64,000 bases of DNA from Candidatus Doudnabacteria bacterium (GTDB taxonomy: Bacteria > Patescibacteriota > Doudnabacteria > UBA920). Position 1 is the stretch's first letter; the number at the start of each line of letters is the position of its first letter. Shown one piece after another: positions 1-10,411 of the stretch. Position numbers and translations under genes: made by a program. Below the pieces are notes generated by a model. That model saw only the letters and a program-made list of their open reading frames with translations. It searched no databases and was not told the origin of the DNA. The stretch spans positions 190,305 through 254,304 of the forward strand of contig CAVYGQ010000001.1 of assembly GCA_963768175.1 (NCBI GenBank), in the 5' to 3' direction.

Positions 1-37
1 AAAATAGGTTAAACGCTCACGTAAATATTAATATTTT

Positions 38-601
38 ATGCCAACAAAGGATACAGCAGCCAAGCACAAGACGGTGCCAAAAACACCGCGCAAACCCAAA
101 GCCACGACCGTAAAAAAGACGGAAGCAATTCATCATGTCCGCAAACATACCGAAGCTGTCCCGGCTCCAGCTGTAGAAAAAGCGATTGTCCATGAAAAGC
201 ATGCTGCGGCTGAAGGCAGGTACATTTTTGCCACTGGTCGCAGAAAAACCGCGGTCTCCAATGTCCGCCTATTTGAAGGAAAGGGCGAATCCATAGTAAA
301 CAAAATTCCAGTGGAAAAATACTTTTCCTACAGTTTTTTTATGGAAGAAATCAACCGGCCATTTCAGGTTACCGGTTTAACCGGTAAATATCACTTTACT
401 GCCCACGTTAATGGTGGCGGCCCGCATGCCCAGGCTACGGCAGTCCGTCACGGCGTAGCCATGGCTTTAAGCAAGGTTTCTGAAGATGTGCGCAAAGTCC
501 TAAAGAAAAATGGCTTTTTAACCCGCGACGACCGTAAAAAAGAGCGCAAAAAGCCTGGTCTCAAACGCGCCCGCCGTTCCCCACAGTGGGCGAAGCGTTA
601 A
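38..601 (+). CDS. rpsI: 30S ribosomal protein S9 with Lys/Thr-rich N-terminal extension
   Basis: ATGRRKTAV, VNGGGPHAQ, LTRDDRKKERKKPGLKRARRSPQWAKR S9 motifs. Confidence 0.97.
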   Translation: MPTKDTAAKHKTVPKTPRKPKATTVKKTEAIHHVRKHTEAVPAPAVEKAIVHEKHAAAEGRYIFATGRRKTAVSNVRLFEGKGESIVNKIPVEKYFSYSFFMEEINRPFQVTGLTGKYHFTAHVNGGGPHAQATAVRHGVAMALSKVSEDVRKVLKKNGFLTRDDRKKERKKPGLKRARRSPQWAKR

Positions 602-606
602 TTTTA

Positions 607-643
607 AAAAAACCGTCCAAGCTTATCGCTGGCCGGTTTTTTT
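607..643 (+). terminator. intrinsic terminator after rpsI
   Basis: aaaaaaccg..cggttttttt hairpin with T-tract right after the stop; a second hairpin lies at ~705-731. Confidence 0.65.
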
Positions 644-953
644 GTTTGATAGATTGCCCACCCTAAGCTTGCCGAATGGGTGGGCCAAGAGATAAAAATG
701 TTACAAACACCCTGTTTTTGCAGGGTGTTTTAGTATTTAGCTAGGTTAACGTAATAAAATTATCTATTTTTTTGTGTGTCAAAGACTATTTATCCACAGG
801 CATTTACGCCTTTATACTTGCGGGCACATTTAAAATGGTGTACAATTATGAAAAATGTATGAAGGGTATAATATGGGGCAAGTTTAGAAATTTATCATCT
901 ATCCAAAAACCACATAATTATAAGAAACATAATAAATAACAAAACAAAAAATT

Positions 954-1421
954 ATGAATGTAAAGACGATTAGCCTTAAAGGTTTTACTTTAATTGAGCT
1001 TTTAGTGGTCATTTCTATTATTGCGCTCTTAGCTTCCATAGTTTTAGTGGCATTAAATAACGCCAGGATGAAGTCCCGCGATGCCGCAAGAGTCGCAAAT
1101 ATGAACCAATTAGCCAAGGCTTTTGAGCTATATTATAACGATAAGTTCAGCTATCCTACAAGCGGTGCCGGGTCTTTGTCTACCAGTGCAATTCCGGGCC
1201 TTTTAATCCCCAACTATTTAAGCAAGATGCCCCTTACTATTAACCCCGCTGATGGAAGTTGCAGTTCAGTAGCTGGGGTAAACGGTTCAAATGATTATTA
1301 TATCTACAATAACGCCGCTACTAGTGTAACAAACTCTTACGCTATTACTTTTTGTTTAGGTTCCTCAGTCGGGGCGGTTCCCGCCGGGCCGCATACGCTT
1401 ACCCCGGCTGGTATTCAATGA
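954..1421 (+). CDS. type IV pilin / pseudopilin
   Basis: Prepilin cleavage motif KG/FTLIELLVVISII followed by RDAARVA..LAKAFELYY. Confidence 0.93.
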   Translation: MNVKTISLKGFTLIELLVVISIIALLASIVLVALNNARMKSRDAARVANMNQLAKAFELYYNDKFSYPTSGAGSLSTSAIPGLLIPNYLSKMPLTINPADGSCSSVAGVNGSNDYYIYNNAATSVTNSYAITFCLGSSVGAVPAGPHTLTPAGIQ

Positions 1422-1511
1422 TTTGATTTTAGATATTTAAACAAGAAACTGATAACGTCTGGGACGAAACCCTTGCGACTGTAGTTATATATAAAGTATT
1501 TAAAAAACAAA

Positions 1512-2606
1512 TTGGACATAGCGAATTTTTTTAGAGCAATAAATCATTTTAGAAGTTGGCCGTCTTTACCAGTTCCTTACCAAAGGATTTGGAGGTTTTT
1601 TAGCGCCGCCATTGTTATAGTTTTGGCGTTATTTTGTGATTTGCGTTTCCCAATTTTTCACGGATTCCCCAGCATATTGTTGTTCGCGGCTGTTATTTTT
1701 TCGACTTGGTACGCCGGTTTTTGGCCCGGATTAATGTGTATTATTATTGCCGTGCTGTCGCTGGATTATTATTTTACCAAACCCCTTGATACCCTTAGTT
1801 TTGGCCCAAGCTCAATTGCTCAAACAATCGTATTTGTTTTTGCGGCCATATTGATAAGCTCTTTGGTTGAATCCCAGCATCGGGCAGAACAGACGGTTGG
1901 CATGTTGGCTAACAAACAAAAACGTTTTATCGCTGACGCTTCTCATGAATTATTTACACCGCTGTCGGTAATTAGGGCCCAAAGCGAGGTTGTATTACGG
2001 AGTCCTGCTTCTAATCTTGTGGATTACCAAGAAATGACCTCCGATACTATCGCGGAGGTTGACCGGATGTCTAAAATCGTGGAAAATCTTTTGGAATTAT
2101 CGCGTAATGAATACAAAACCAAGGCGGAATTAACCAAGCCAGTGGAATTAAGCGAACTTGCCCAGGGCGTGCTGGATAAAATAAAAATTTTAGCAGACAA
2201 ACAGAATATTATTTTGATTATGACCGGGAAAGATAGGGGGAAAATTAATGGCGACGCCACAGCATTGACTCATATGATTATTAACCTTTTGCAGAACGCT
2301 ATCCAATATACACCGGCGGAAGGTAAAATTAGTGTTGGGGTGTTTGCTAAAGATAAAACTATGCAGCTTATAATTCAAGATACCGGCATGGGGATTGCCC
2401 CGGAGCATTTGCCGTATATTTTTGACCCTTTTTATAAAACTGATGAGGCCAGAAAAAGGCGTCAAAGCGGCGCTGGGCTAGGGCTTACTATAGTAAAAGA
2501 GGTGGTGGATTTTCATAAAGGCAAAATAGATATTAAGAGTAAGGTTAATCATGGTACAATAATAACAATTGAATTTCCCAAAGCCGAATTTTTAGATGGA
2601 ATTTAA
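1512..2606 (+). CDS. sensor histidine kinase with membrane (DUF4118-like) N-terminus
   Basis: H-box DASHELFTPL, N-box NLLQNAIQY, G1 DTGMGI, G2 GAGLGL; hydrophobic N-terminus; start uncertain. Confidence 0.92.
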   Translation: MDIANFFRAINHFRSWPSLPVPYQRIWRFFSAAIVIVLALFCDLRFPIFHGFPSILLFAAVIFSTWYAGFWPGLMCIIIAVLSLDYYFTKPLDTLSFGPSSIAQTIVFVFAAILISSLVESQHRAEQTVGMLANKQKRFIADASHELFTPLSVIRAQSEVVLRSPASNLVDYQEMTSDTIAEVDRMSKIVENLLELSRNEYKTKAELTKPVELSELAQGVLDKIKILADKQNIILIMTGKDRGKINGDATALTHMIINLLQNAIQYTPAEGKISVGVFAKDKTMQLIIQDTGMGIAPEHLPYIFDPFYKTDEARKRRQSGAGLGLTIVKEVVDFHKGKIDIKSKVNHGTIITIEFPKAEFLDGI

Positions 2607-2611
2607 AATTT

Positions 2612-3289
2612 ATGAAAATTTGCATTATTGAAGACGAAGAACTTCTGGCAAAAGCCTTATGTAAAGGTTTGAATAATTTGGGTTATCAGGCAGAATATTT
2701 TTTGGATGGAGCGGAAGGGTGTAAAAGTTTGGAACTTGGCCACGAAGATTATGATTTGGCGATGGTTGATTTAATGCTTCCCAAAAAAAGTGGTTTGGAA
2801 ATTTGCCGAAGTTTGCGCGAGAAAAAAATTACTTTGCCAATTTTAATCCTAAGTGCCCGTGATAGCGTGGTCGATAAAACCAAACTGCTGCAAAACGGAG
2901 CGGACGATTATTTGACTAAGCCATTTTCTTTTGAAGAGCTGGCCGCTCGCATACAGGCTTTGCTGAGACGGCCCAGAGCTTCTTTACTGATTGAATTAAA
3001 GGTAGGAAGTTTGAGCTTGGAGACAATTAATCATAAGGTTTGCTATAAAAATAACGAAATTCCTTTGTCTTTAAAAGAGTTTGATTTATTGGAATATTTT
3101 GTCAGGCACCCTAAACAAACCATTACTAGGGAACAGCTTTTAAAAGATCTTTGGGATTTTGATTCAGCCAGTAACATTATAGAAGTTCATATTAAAAATT
3201 TGAGAAAAAAAATAAAAAAGCATACCAACGAAGAAATTTTGCAAACAGTCTGGGGCAGCGGTTACAGGCTGAACGGTGATTTTAAATAG
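2612..3289 (+). CDS. OmpR/PhoB-family response regulator
   Basis: Receiver IEDE..DLMLP..GADDYLTKPF; winged helix IEVHIKNLRKK..TVWGSGY. Confidence 0.95.
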   Translation: MKICIIEDEELLAKALCKGLNNLGYQAEYFLDGAEGCKSLELGHEDYDLAMVDLMLPKKSGLEICRSLREKKITLPILILSARDSVVDKTKLLQNGADDYLTKPFSFEELAARIQALLRRPRASLLIELKVGSLSLETINHKVCYKNNEIPLSLKEFDLLEYFVRHPKQTITREQLLKDLWDFDSASNIIEVHIKNLRKKIKKHTNEEILQTVWGSGYRLNGDFK

Positions 3290-3386
3290 ATAAAAAACGA
3301 GGATCCCCAGATGGCTAGCTTTGTAGTTTTGTTTTACTAATTTAAATGGTATAATAGTTTGGATCAAACAATTAAGTAAAACATGT

Positions 3387-4178
3387 ATGGAAAACATCTT
3401 GCCAAAATGGCTGGTTAACGGCCTGGGAGGATTGCTAATAGCTTTTGTAGCGCTTTTGGTAGTCCAACAAATCTACAATTTTAACCAAGTTGTAAAGAAC
3501 CAAAAGCCGGTCAATACGATTTCCGTTTCGGCGGACGGCAAGGTTACTGCCACGCCTGACCTGGCTACCGTTGACCTTGGAGTAATGACCCAGGCTTCCA
3601 CAGCCACGGGTGCCAAAAATCAAAACGACCAAAAGGTAAACCAAGTTATTGCGTTTGTAAAACAGCAGGGGATAGCTGCTGCAGACATCCAAACTCAGCA
3701 GCTTAATTTGTACCCTCAGCAAAGCTACGATGGAGTAATGATCCCGGGCGGCGTTTCAAGCACTCCCAAAATAACGGGGTATCAGGCCAATCAAACCGTG
3801 GAAATAAAGATCCACGGGGTAGATAAAGACCAGGCGGTTTTGGAAAAAATTTTGGACGGTTCGGTTAACAACGGTGCTAACGAAGTGGACGGAGTAAATT
3901 TTAGCTTTAATAACCCCGACAGCTTGCAGCAGAAAGCCCAGGAGCAAGCCATTGCCAATGCCAAGGTAAAGGCCCAGGCTTTGGCCCAGGCCGCGGGTTT
4001 AAGCTTAGGTAAAGTTGTCAGTATCTCAGAAATTTCCAGCAACCTGCCCGTGCCAGTCCCTTATGCCCTTAATTCGGCTTTGGGCACGCCTGCCACCGCA
4101 AAATCCGTTGCTCCCAACATCCAGCCCGGCAGTCAAGATATTACGGAAAGTATGAGCGTGACTTTCGAGATCAAATAA
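3387..4178 (+). CDS. SIMPL (DUF541) domain protein
   Basis: TISVSADGKVTATPDLA, AIANAKVKAQALA..LGKVVSISE, PGSQDITESMSVTFEI. Confidence 0.9.
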   Translation: MENILPKWLVNGLGGLLIAFVALLVVQQIYNFNQVVKNQKPVNTISVSADGKVTATPDLATVDLGVMTQASTATGAKNQNDQKVNQVIAFVKQQGIAAADIQTQQLNLYPQQSYDGVMIPGGVSSTPKITGYQANQTVEIKIHGVDKDQAVLEKILDGSVNNGANEVDGVNFSFNNPDSLQQKAQEQAIANAKVKAQALAQAAGLSLGKVVSISEISSNLPVPVPYALNSALGTPATAKSVAPNIQPGSQDITESMSVTFEIK

Positions 4179-4259
4179 TTTAATTTTGATAGACTGAAGT
4201 CCGCCGTAGCCTTGGCGAAAGCGGAGAGGTCAAATAAATCAAGCTAATTAATACAAAAT

Positions 4260-4290
4260 AAAAGCCGCCACCCATAGGGTGGCGGCTTTT
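4260..4290. terminator. bidirectional terminator between the SIMPL gene and rnpB
   Basis: Perfect hairpin aaaagccgccaccc-ata-gggtggcggctttt between convergent genes. Confidence 0.8.
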
Positions 4291-4295
4291 ATGCC

Positions 4296-4705
4296 CTAAG
4301 CAAACTCGTAAGCCGAATTCTGTTTAACACCCTGTTAAATAATTTGCCGAAGGCAAATTGCCGCATAGCGGCATTTAATAGGGTAAATAATCATCTATCT
4401 TGTCCAAGTATTGCTACATGGATCTAGCAGCCTACCAAATTTGGCTTTGCACTCAAGTAAGGATTTAGCCGTTTCATCCCTCGACTTCGCTCGGGACCTT
4501 ACGGCCCCGGCTTATACGAAAGTTAATCCAAAATTGGATTCTTGATTCCTTTCGGTCACAAGCGTCTCTGTTCGCACCTCGCGCCTTGCGGCGGACGGGA
4601 GTTACCCGCTACCATTGCTGATGGGCTCTATAGGGGACCATCAACTAAGTGTTCGGACTTTCCTATCTCTGGATTGACCAAAGATTGATTATTCGGTTTG
4701 CTTAG
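4296..4705 (-). ncRNA. rnpB: RNase P RNA
   Basis: Minus strand reads ..GATAGGAAAGTCCGAACAC.. near the 5' end and ACAGAATTCGGCTTAC near the 3' end; P1 stem CTAAGCAAAC/GTTTGCTTAG. Confidence 0.92.
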
Positions 4706-4799
4706 AGCCTACATAGTTTATCAGAATTTGAAAATTTTGTCAATCTATGGTTAACCAGCTATTTTTTATAACCAAAAATAATGGTATAATAATAGCAAC

Positions 4800-6236
4800 A
4801 TGAAGAAAACCGAACTTATTTTTAATATTGTTTCCATACCCGTTGATGCGATTATGCTGCTGCTTGCCGGCATAGTTTCTTTTTATTTTAGGGGCCATTT
4901 TACCGGCATAGTCGGGCCGATTATTTACCAGCTTAACTTAAGCCAATTTTTGACCGTTATTGAGAAAATTATTCCGGCTTTGATTATAATTTTCGCGTTT
5001 TTAGGGCTCTACAACCTGCGTGGCACCAGAAAGTTTTTGCAGGAATTCAGCAAGATTGTTATCGGTGAATCGCTGGGTTTGCTTTTGGTTATACTATTGT
5101 TCTTTTTTAATCAAAGCATTTTTCCGTCACGTTTTATTATTTTAGCCACTTGGGCGATGGGGATAATTTTTGTATTTGTGGGACGAACGGTTTTAAGGCA
5201 GCTACAAAAAACGCTGTTTTCGAAAAATATTGGTTTGCATAAACTGGTAATAATTAGCGGTGAGGGCGGCGAAGTTCCGATAATCGAGCAGGTTTATAAA
5301 AATAAAAGGTACGGGTACGAAATTAGTGGGGAACTAAAATACGGCCAAAACATTTTTGATAATCTAGAAAAGCTTTACGGCGAAAATAAAATCGATGAAA
5401 TTTTACAGGCAAATCCAGCCTTGGACGATGAATCAAACTTGAAGCTGGTACAATTTGCCAGGAATAACGGTTTGAGTTTTTCTTTTGTGCCTAACTTGTT
5501 TGAAGTCCAGCGCAATGCCGTAGAAATGTCCGAACTCAAAGGCATACCGGTTATTGCTTTAAAAAACACACCGCTGGATGGCTGGGGGCAGGTTATTAAG
5601 CGCGTTACGGATATAATTTTATCCGCGCTCTGTTTAATTGTTACTTCGCCAATATTTTTGATTATCGCCGTAGCTATAAAAATTGACAGCAGGGGCAAAA
5701 TTATTTATTCGGCCAAGCGCGGGGGCAAAGACAGGGACTTTACTTTTTATAAATTCCGGACTATGTATAGCCACCTCTCCGTAGGCGAGGAATACGGCGG
5801 GGTACAGGCGGAAGCAATCCGCAGGGAGCTGTGGAAAAAAAATAACCGAGGTGGCGAAATTGGCCCATTTTTAAAAGTTAAACACGACCCGAGAGTCACT
5901 CGTGTCGGCAGGTTTTTGCGCAAGACCAAACTTGATGAAATTCCGCAATTTTGGAACGTATTGTTAGGCGACATGAGCATGGTCGGGCCCAGGGCTCACG
6001 TGCTGGACGAGGTTGGCCGCTATCGAAACCGTTATAGGCGGATGTTCTCTATAAAACCCGGAGCCTTTGGTATGGCGCAAATCGCCCAAGTTTCCTGGCC
6101 GGATTTGCCGTTTGAGGAAGAAATCAAGTTAAATACCTATTATATTGAAAACTGGTCGCTGTGGTTGGATATAAAAATTTTGGCAAAAAGTTTTTGGCTG
6201 TTGTGTTTTGGAGCAAAGTCCAAGGAAGACTATTAA
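4800..6236 (+). CDS. polyprenyl-phosphate glycosylphosphotransferase (WcaJ/WbaP-like sugar transferase)
   Basis: [58 protein letters not shown]. Confidence 0.95.
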   Translation: MKKTELIFNIVSIPVDAIMLLLAGIVSFYFRGHFTGIVGPIIYQLNLSQFLTVIEKIIPALIIIFAFLGLYNLRGTRKFLQEFSKIVIGESLGLLLVILLFFFNQSIFPSRFIILATWAMGIIFVFVGRTVLRQLQKTLFSKNIGLHKLVIISGEGGEVPIIEQVYKNKRYGYEISGELKYGQNIFDNLEKLYGENKIDEILQANPALDDESNLKLVQFARNNGLSFSFVPNLFEVQRNAVEMSELKGIPVIALKNTPLDGWGQVIKRVTDIILSALCLIVTSPIFLIIAVAIKIDSRGKIIYSAKRGGKDRDFTFYKFRTMYSHLSVGEEYGGVQAEAIRRELWKKNNRGGEIGPFLKVKHDPRVTRVGRFLRKTKLDEIPQFWNVLLGDMSMVGPRAHVLDEVGRYRNRYRRMFSIKPGAFGMAQIAQVSWPDLPFEEEIKLNTYYIENWSLWLDIKILAKSFWLLCFGAKSKEDY

Positions 6237-6316
6237 ACTGATACCAATCCACGAATGGGATACGAATGGCATGAATTCGTAACATTCGTAGGAATTTGTA
6301 TATTAGTATCGCTTAA

Positions 6317-7417
6317 ATGAAAATTGCCATTGCGCACGATTCGTTTACCCAACTTGGCGGCGCGGAAAGAGTCGTAGATGCCTTACACGAGCTTTTCCCG
6401 AACGCGCCCGTGTTTACTTTGGTGTATGATCCAAAGTTTAAAGCAAAGTATAAAAATTGGGATATCCACACTTCGGGTCTCCAGACTTTGTTTTTGAGCC
6501 TGGGCAAGCTTCAGTATCTTTTGCCACTAATACCTTGGGCCGTAGACAATTTGGACTTCAGCGGTTTTGATCTGGTAATATCTTCCAGTTCCGGTTTTGC
6601 AAAAAATATCCGCGTCCCCAAGAATTGTGTCCACTTAAATTATTGTCATACTCCAACCAGATTTTTATGGACAGAGCCGGATTATGTAAACCGTGAAGTC
6701 CCTGTTTTAATTCGCCCCTTAGTTAAGCCGCTTTTAGGGCACATGAAAAAATGGGATTATAATGGTGCCCAGCGGGTAAACAAATTTATTGCCAATTCAA
6801 AAGAAGTTCAAGCGCGAATAAAGAAATATTACACCCGTGACAGTACCATAATTTATCCGTTTATCAATACCGAATTCTGGAATCCCGTAGTGCAACCTCC
6901 CGGGGTGCCTATAAAACGGGATTATTTTCTCCTTGCCGGTCGCTTACAAGTTTACAAGAACAACGAATTTATGATCGGAATTTTCAACGATATCGGTTTG
7001 CCGCTTCACGTTGTAGGTACCGGCAGACAGGAAAATTATTTGCGGTCAATTGCCAAACCTAACATTAAATTTTTTGGTTATGTAAGCAATGAGCGTTTGC
7101 GGGATGAATACAGCGGTGCTAAAGGGTTTATTTTCCCCCAGCTGGAAGACTTTGGCCTAATGCCCCTGGAAGCCGCGGCCTGCGGCACGGCAACATTGGC
7201 CTATGGTAAAGGGGGCTCGCTGGAAACGATTATCCCGGGAGTGACAGGAGAATTTTTTGACAGCTATGATAAAGAAAAAATCAAGCAACTCATTTTATCC
7301 TGGGACCCTCAAAAATATACAGCCGATAATTTGCGCCAACAAGCCGAAAAATTCAGCAAAGAAATATTTAAAGAAAATATAAAAAGGGAGGTTTCTAAAC
7401 TAAAGGAATTTTTATGA
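6317..7417 (+). CDS. GT4-family glycosyltransferase
   Basis: GGAERV, YCHTPTR, EDFGLMPLEAAACG. Confidence 0.93.
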   Translation: MKIAIAHDSFTQLGGAERVVDALHELFPNAPVFTLVYDPKFKAKYKNWDIHTSGLQTLFLSLGKLQYLLPLIPWAVDNLDFSGFDLVISSSSGFAKNIRVPKNCVHLNYCHTPTRFLWTEPDYVNREVPVLIRPLVKPLLGHMKKWDYNGAQRVNKFIANSKEVQARIKKYYTRDSTIIYPFINTEFWNPVVQPPGVPIKRDYFLLAGRLQVYKNNEFMIGIFNDIGLPLHVVGTGRQENYLRSIAKPNIKFFGYVSNERLRDEYSGAKGFIFPQLEDFGLMPLEAAACGTATLAYGKGGSLETIIPGVTGEFFDSYDKEKIKQLILSWDPQKYTADNLRQQAEKFSKEIFKENIKREVSKLKEFL

Positions 7418-8058
7418 ACGAAGGAAATAGGGAAGGTCAATTAGAGTCAGCGGTTAATAGGAAGCCTATTATTGTAGAAATAGGCCCGGCGGGGCAATAT
7501 GGTTCCGGTACGCCCGCCTCTCATTTTTCGAGGCGGGTTAGAGATAATATTGACCAAGGAGCATTGTATATCGGAGTTGATTCTAAAGAAGAAGACTTGA
7601 AAAAATTTATGCAGTCTCAGACTTTAGAATATGATGTCCAACAAGCATTAGTTGGCGATATGGCGCATTTACCTCTAGCAGATGAGAGCGCCGATGAGGT
7701 TTGGCTGATTAATGTATTTGGCAATCTAGACATACGTCCTGAAGTAACAGCAGATGGAACAAGAACTTGGAGAATAAATATGCAGCAGTTTTACAGAGAA
7801 TTAGCCAGGGTATTGAAAAGACAAGGAGAGATAATAATAGGGGAGTTAGGGCACCCTGTGGGTGGAATTGGAGCCACTGATTACTTAAAAAATGTAGATT
7901 TTGAGCAGTTTGGTTTAGAAAAACATTTATATATAGGAGAAAACCTTGTTGAGGCTTGTAAGAAACTTGGGATAACGGAAAAATTAAGGGAAATAATAAA
8001 GGAAGGCCGGCATTCTGATAATTTGGAGCCTTTCTTTATTCTTCTAAACAAACGGTAA
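7414..8058 (+). CDS. putative class I SAM-dependent methyltransferase
   Basis: IVEIGP, YIGVD, GDMAHLPLADESADEV, ELARVLK motifs. Confidence 0.7.
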   Translation: MNEGNREGQLESAVNRKPIIVEIGPAGQYGSGTPASHFSRRVRDNIDQGALYIGVDSKEEDLKKFMQSQTLEYDVQQALVGDMAHLPLADESADEVWLINVFGNLDIRPEVTADGTRTWRINMQQFYRELARVLKRQGEIIIGELGHPVGGIGATDYLKNVDFEQFGLEKHLYIGENLVEACKKLGITEKLREIIKEGRHSDNLEPFFILLNKR

Positions 8059-9176
8059 TGAAAATCGCCATAGACCTTAGAAGCCTGTCCAGCGGCACGG
8101 TGAGCGGGGTGGAGAATTACTGCATGAATTTGGTGGAAAGCTTGCTGCTGCTTGACAGGCAAAACCAGTATTTATTGTTTTATAATTCCATACGGGCAAA
8201 GCAATTGCCCGATTTTCACTATGTTAATTCCACAATAAAGCAAAGCCGCATTCCGAGTAAAATTTTAAATTTGGCTTTTAAATTTAATTTGACACAAATT
8301 GAAAAGTTTACAGGTGAGTGTGATTGGTTATTTATGCCCAACTTAAACCAGTTCAACATCGGCCCAAATACAAAACTAGCGATTACCGTTCACGACTTAT
8401 CACCGGTAGTGACTCCGGAATTTTACAATTTGAAAAGAAAGATCTGGCATAAATTTTTAAATTATAAAAAGGCTTTTGAGCGCGCCAATACACTGTTTGC
8501 GGTTTCTGAATACACCAAAGATGATCTGATTAGAATTTTCAATATAAGCGCAAAAAAAATTAAAGTTGTCTCTCCAGGAATAAACCGCGCAGCGTTTAAC
8601 CAGGGTATCTTAATAAACAATCAGAGGCTGGTTAGGAATCTTTATGGCCTGCCGGGTGATTTTATTTTGTTTTTAAATACCATAGAGCCGAGAAAAAATC
8701 TAGCGGGGGTAATCAGCGCTTTTGAAAAAATTAAATCCCCGGCTTCTTTAGTCATTGCAGGCCGCTTAGGATGGAAATACAAAAAAGACTTCAAGCTCAT
8801 AGAAAGCAGCAAAAAGTCTGCTAAAATAAAATATATAGGCTACGTTTCAGAAGAACATAAGCCGGCCTTAATTAAAATGGCTAAAATTTTGGTTTACCCA
8901 AGTTTTTATGAAGGCTTTGGTTTCCAGCCGCTTGAAGCCATGGCCGTAGGCACGCCTGTAGTAGTTAGTTACTTAACTTCTTTGCCGGAAATGGCCGGGG
9001 GTGCCGGGCTTTTGGTTGACCCATATAATTCAAATAGTCTAGCAAGTGCCATTGATCAGATTTTAACTAATGAAAAATTAAGGGAGTCGTTAATTCAAAA
9101 GGGTTTTGCCCAAGCGGAAAAATTTAATTGGCAAAAGACAGCGGAAGAAGTATTAGATTCTTTTAAAGTATTATGA
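8058..9176 (+). CDS. GT4-family glycosyltransferase
   Basis: TVHDL, EPRKN, PSFYEGFGFQPLEAMAVG. Confidence 0.93.
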   Translation: MKIAIDLRSLSSGTVSGVENYCMNLVESLLLLDRQNQYLLFYNSIRAKQLPDFHYVNSTIKQSRIPSKILNLAFKFNLTQIEKFTGECDWLFMPNLNQFNIGPNTKLAITVHDLSPVVTPEFYNLKRKIWHKFLNYKKAFERANTLFAVSEYTKDDLIRIFNISAKKIKVVSPGINRAAFNQGILINNQRLVRNLYGLPGDFILFLNTIEPRKNLAGVISAFEKIKSPASLVIAGRLGWKYKKDFKLIESSKKSAKIKYIGYVSEEHKPALIKMAKILVYPSFYEGFGFQPLEAMAVGTPVVVSYLTSLPEMAGGAGLLVDPYNSNSLASAIDQILTNEKLRESLIQKGFAQAEKFNWQKTAEEVLDSFKVL

Positions 9177-10411
9177 ACATCGGATTAGATTTAAGGCTTT
9201 TTGGCTACCAACACGGCGGGATTGGCCGCTATTCTAGGGAGCTTTTCCCCAGGGTTTTGGAATTGGACGGGCAAAATATAGGTCCTTCTGAGGAGGGCAC
9301 TGAGCCTATATTAGCTCCTCGGCTCGGAAACTTATCCGCCGAAGACGGAAAGTTTCGCTCGCCCTACGTCGCGAATAAATATTTTTTGTTTGTAAACCAA
9401 AGGGCCGCTTTAGAGGGAGACTTGGAGGTTTTTAAAGCTTTTGGTAACGCGGAAATTGTAACAACTAAAATCCGCCATTATTCCTTAGGCGAACAGTTGG
9501 GTTTTTACAAAGTTTTGAACAAATATAATTTAGACCTTGTCCATTTCCCCAATTTTAACGTGCCGATTTTGTATAAAAAGCCTTTTGTGGTAACTATTCA
9601 CGATATGGTACACCACAAGATTGGCGGCGCAAAAAAAAGCCATTTTTTGCATTTTGTGGCTTACAAAAAAGTTATCAAAAATGCCGCCCAAAAAGCGCAA
9701 AAAATCATTACGGTTTCCCAGGCCTCAAAAAAAGATATCGCCCGTTTTTTGCAAATCAGCTTCGATAAAATACAGGTCATATATGAAGGCAACTCACTTA
9801 ATCCCGAGATCAGCGGAAGTTTGGCAGAAAAAGTCAAAAAGAGTTATTTGATAACCAGGCCTTACTTTTTATTTGTTGGAATTTTGGAGCGCAAGAAAAA
9901 CTTGGTAAATTTAACCCGTGGGTTTGACTATTTTTTGCAAAAATATAAAGCCGGCATGGATATGGTTGTTGTGGGTAAAAGTGATTCACATTACCCCGAG
10001 ATAAAACACAAAGCTTTAGACATAAAACACTCTGGGCGTTTGGTATTTACCGGAGCCGTAGATGATTGGGAATTGCGGGCTTTGTATAAGGGTGCCTATG
10101 CTTTTGTTTCGGCTTCCCTACACGAGGGTTTTGGCTTACCCGGTGTGGAGGCTTTGGGTTTTGGCTTACCGCTTTTAGTATCAAACATTCCGGTATTCAA
10201 CGAAATTTACGATAACGCGGCAATTTATTTTAACCCATTGGATCCCGAGGACATTGGAGAAAAGATGCACCTGCTAGTGCGCGATCGCCAATTTTATCAA
10301 CAGCTCCAGCAAAAGAGCTTTGAAAGATCATTATTGTTTGATTGGGGAAAAGCGGCATCGGAAACGCTGGAGGTTTACCGCAGATGTTTAAATGCTAAAA
10401 TGTTAATATGA
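9173..10411 (+). CDS. GT4-family glycosyltransferase with a 33-aa in-frame insertion
   Basis: GIGRY, TIHD, SLHEGFGLPGVEA. Confidence 0.92.
   Translation: MNIGLDLRLFGYQHGGIGRYSRELFPRVLELDGQNIGPSEEGTEPILAPRLGNLSAEDGKFRSPYVANKYFLFVNQRAALEGDLEVFKAFGNAEIVTTKIRHYSLGEQLGFYKVLNKYNLDLVHFPNFNVPILYKKPFVVTIHDMVHHKIGGAKKSHFLHFVAYKKVIKNAAQKAQKIITVSQASKKDIARFLQISFDKIQVIYEGNSLNPEISGSLAEKVKKSYLITRPYFLFVGILERKKNLVNLTRGFDYFLQKYKAGMDMVVVGKSDSHYPEIKHKALDIKHSGRLVFTGAVDDWELRALYKGAYAFVSASLHEGFGLPGVEALGFGLPLLVSNIPVFNEIYDNAAIYFNPLDPEDIGEKMHLLVRDRQFYQQLQQKSFERSLLFDWGKAASETLEVYRRCLNAKMLI

Noticed and set aside
38-210. S9 N-terminal extension as a novelty
   Set aside because: Low-complexity basic extensions on ribosomal proteins are common.
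791-799. DnaA-box TTATCCACA (also ~15795 and ~32898) as oriC
   Set aside because: Isolated single boxes with no cluster and no dnaA/dnaN nearby.
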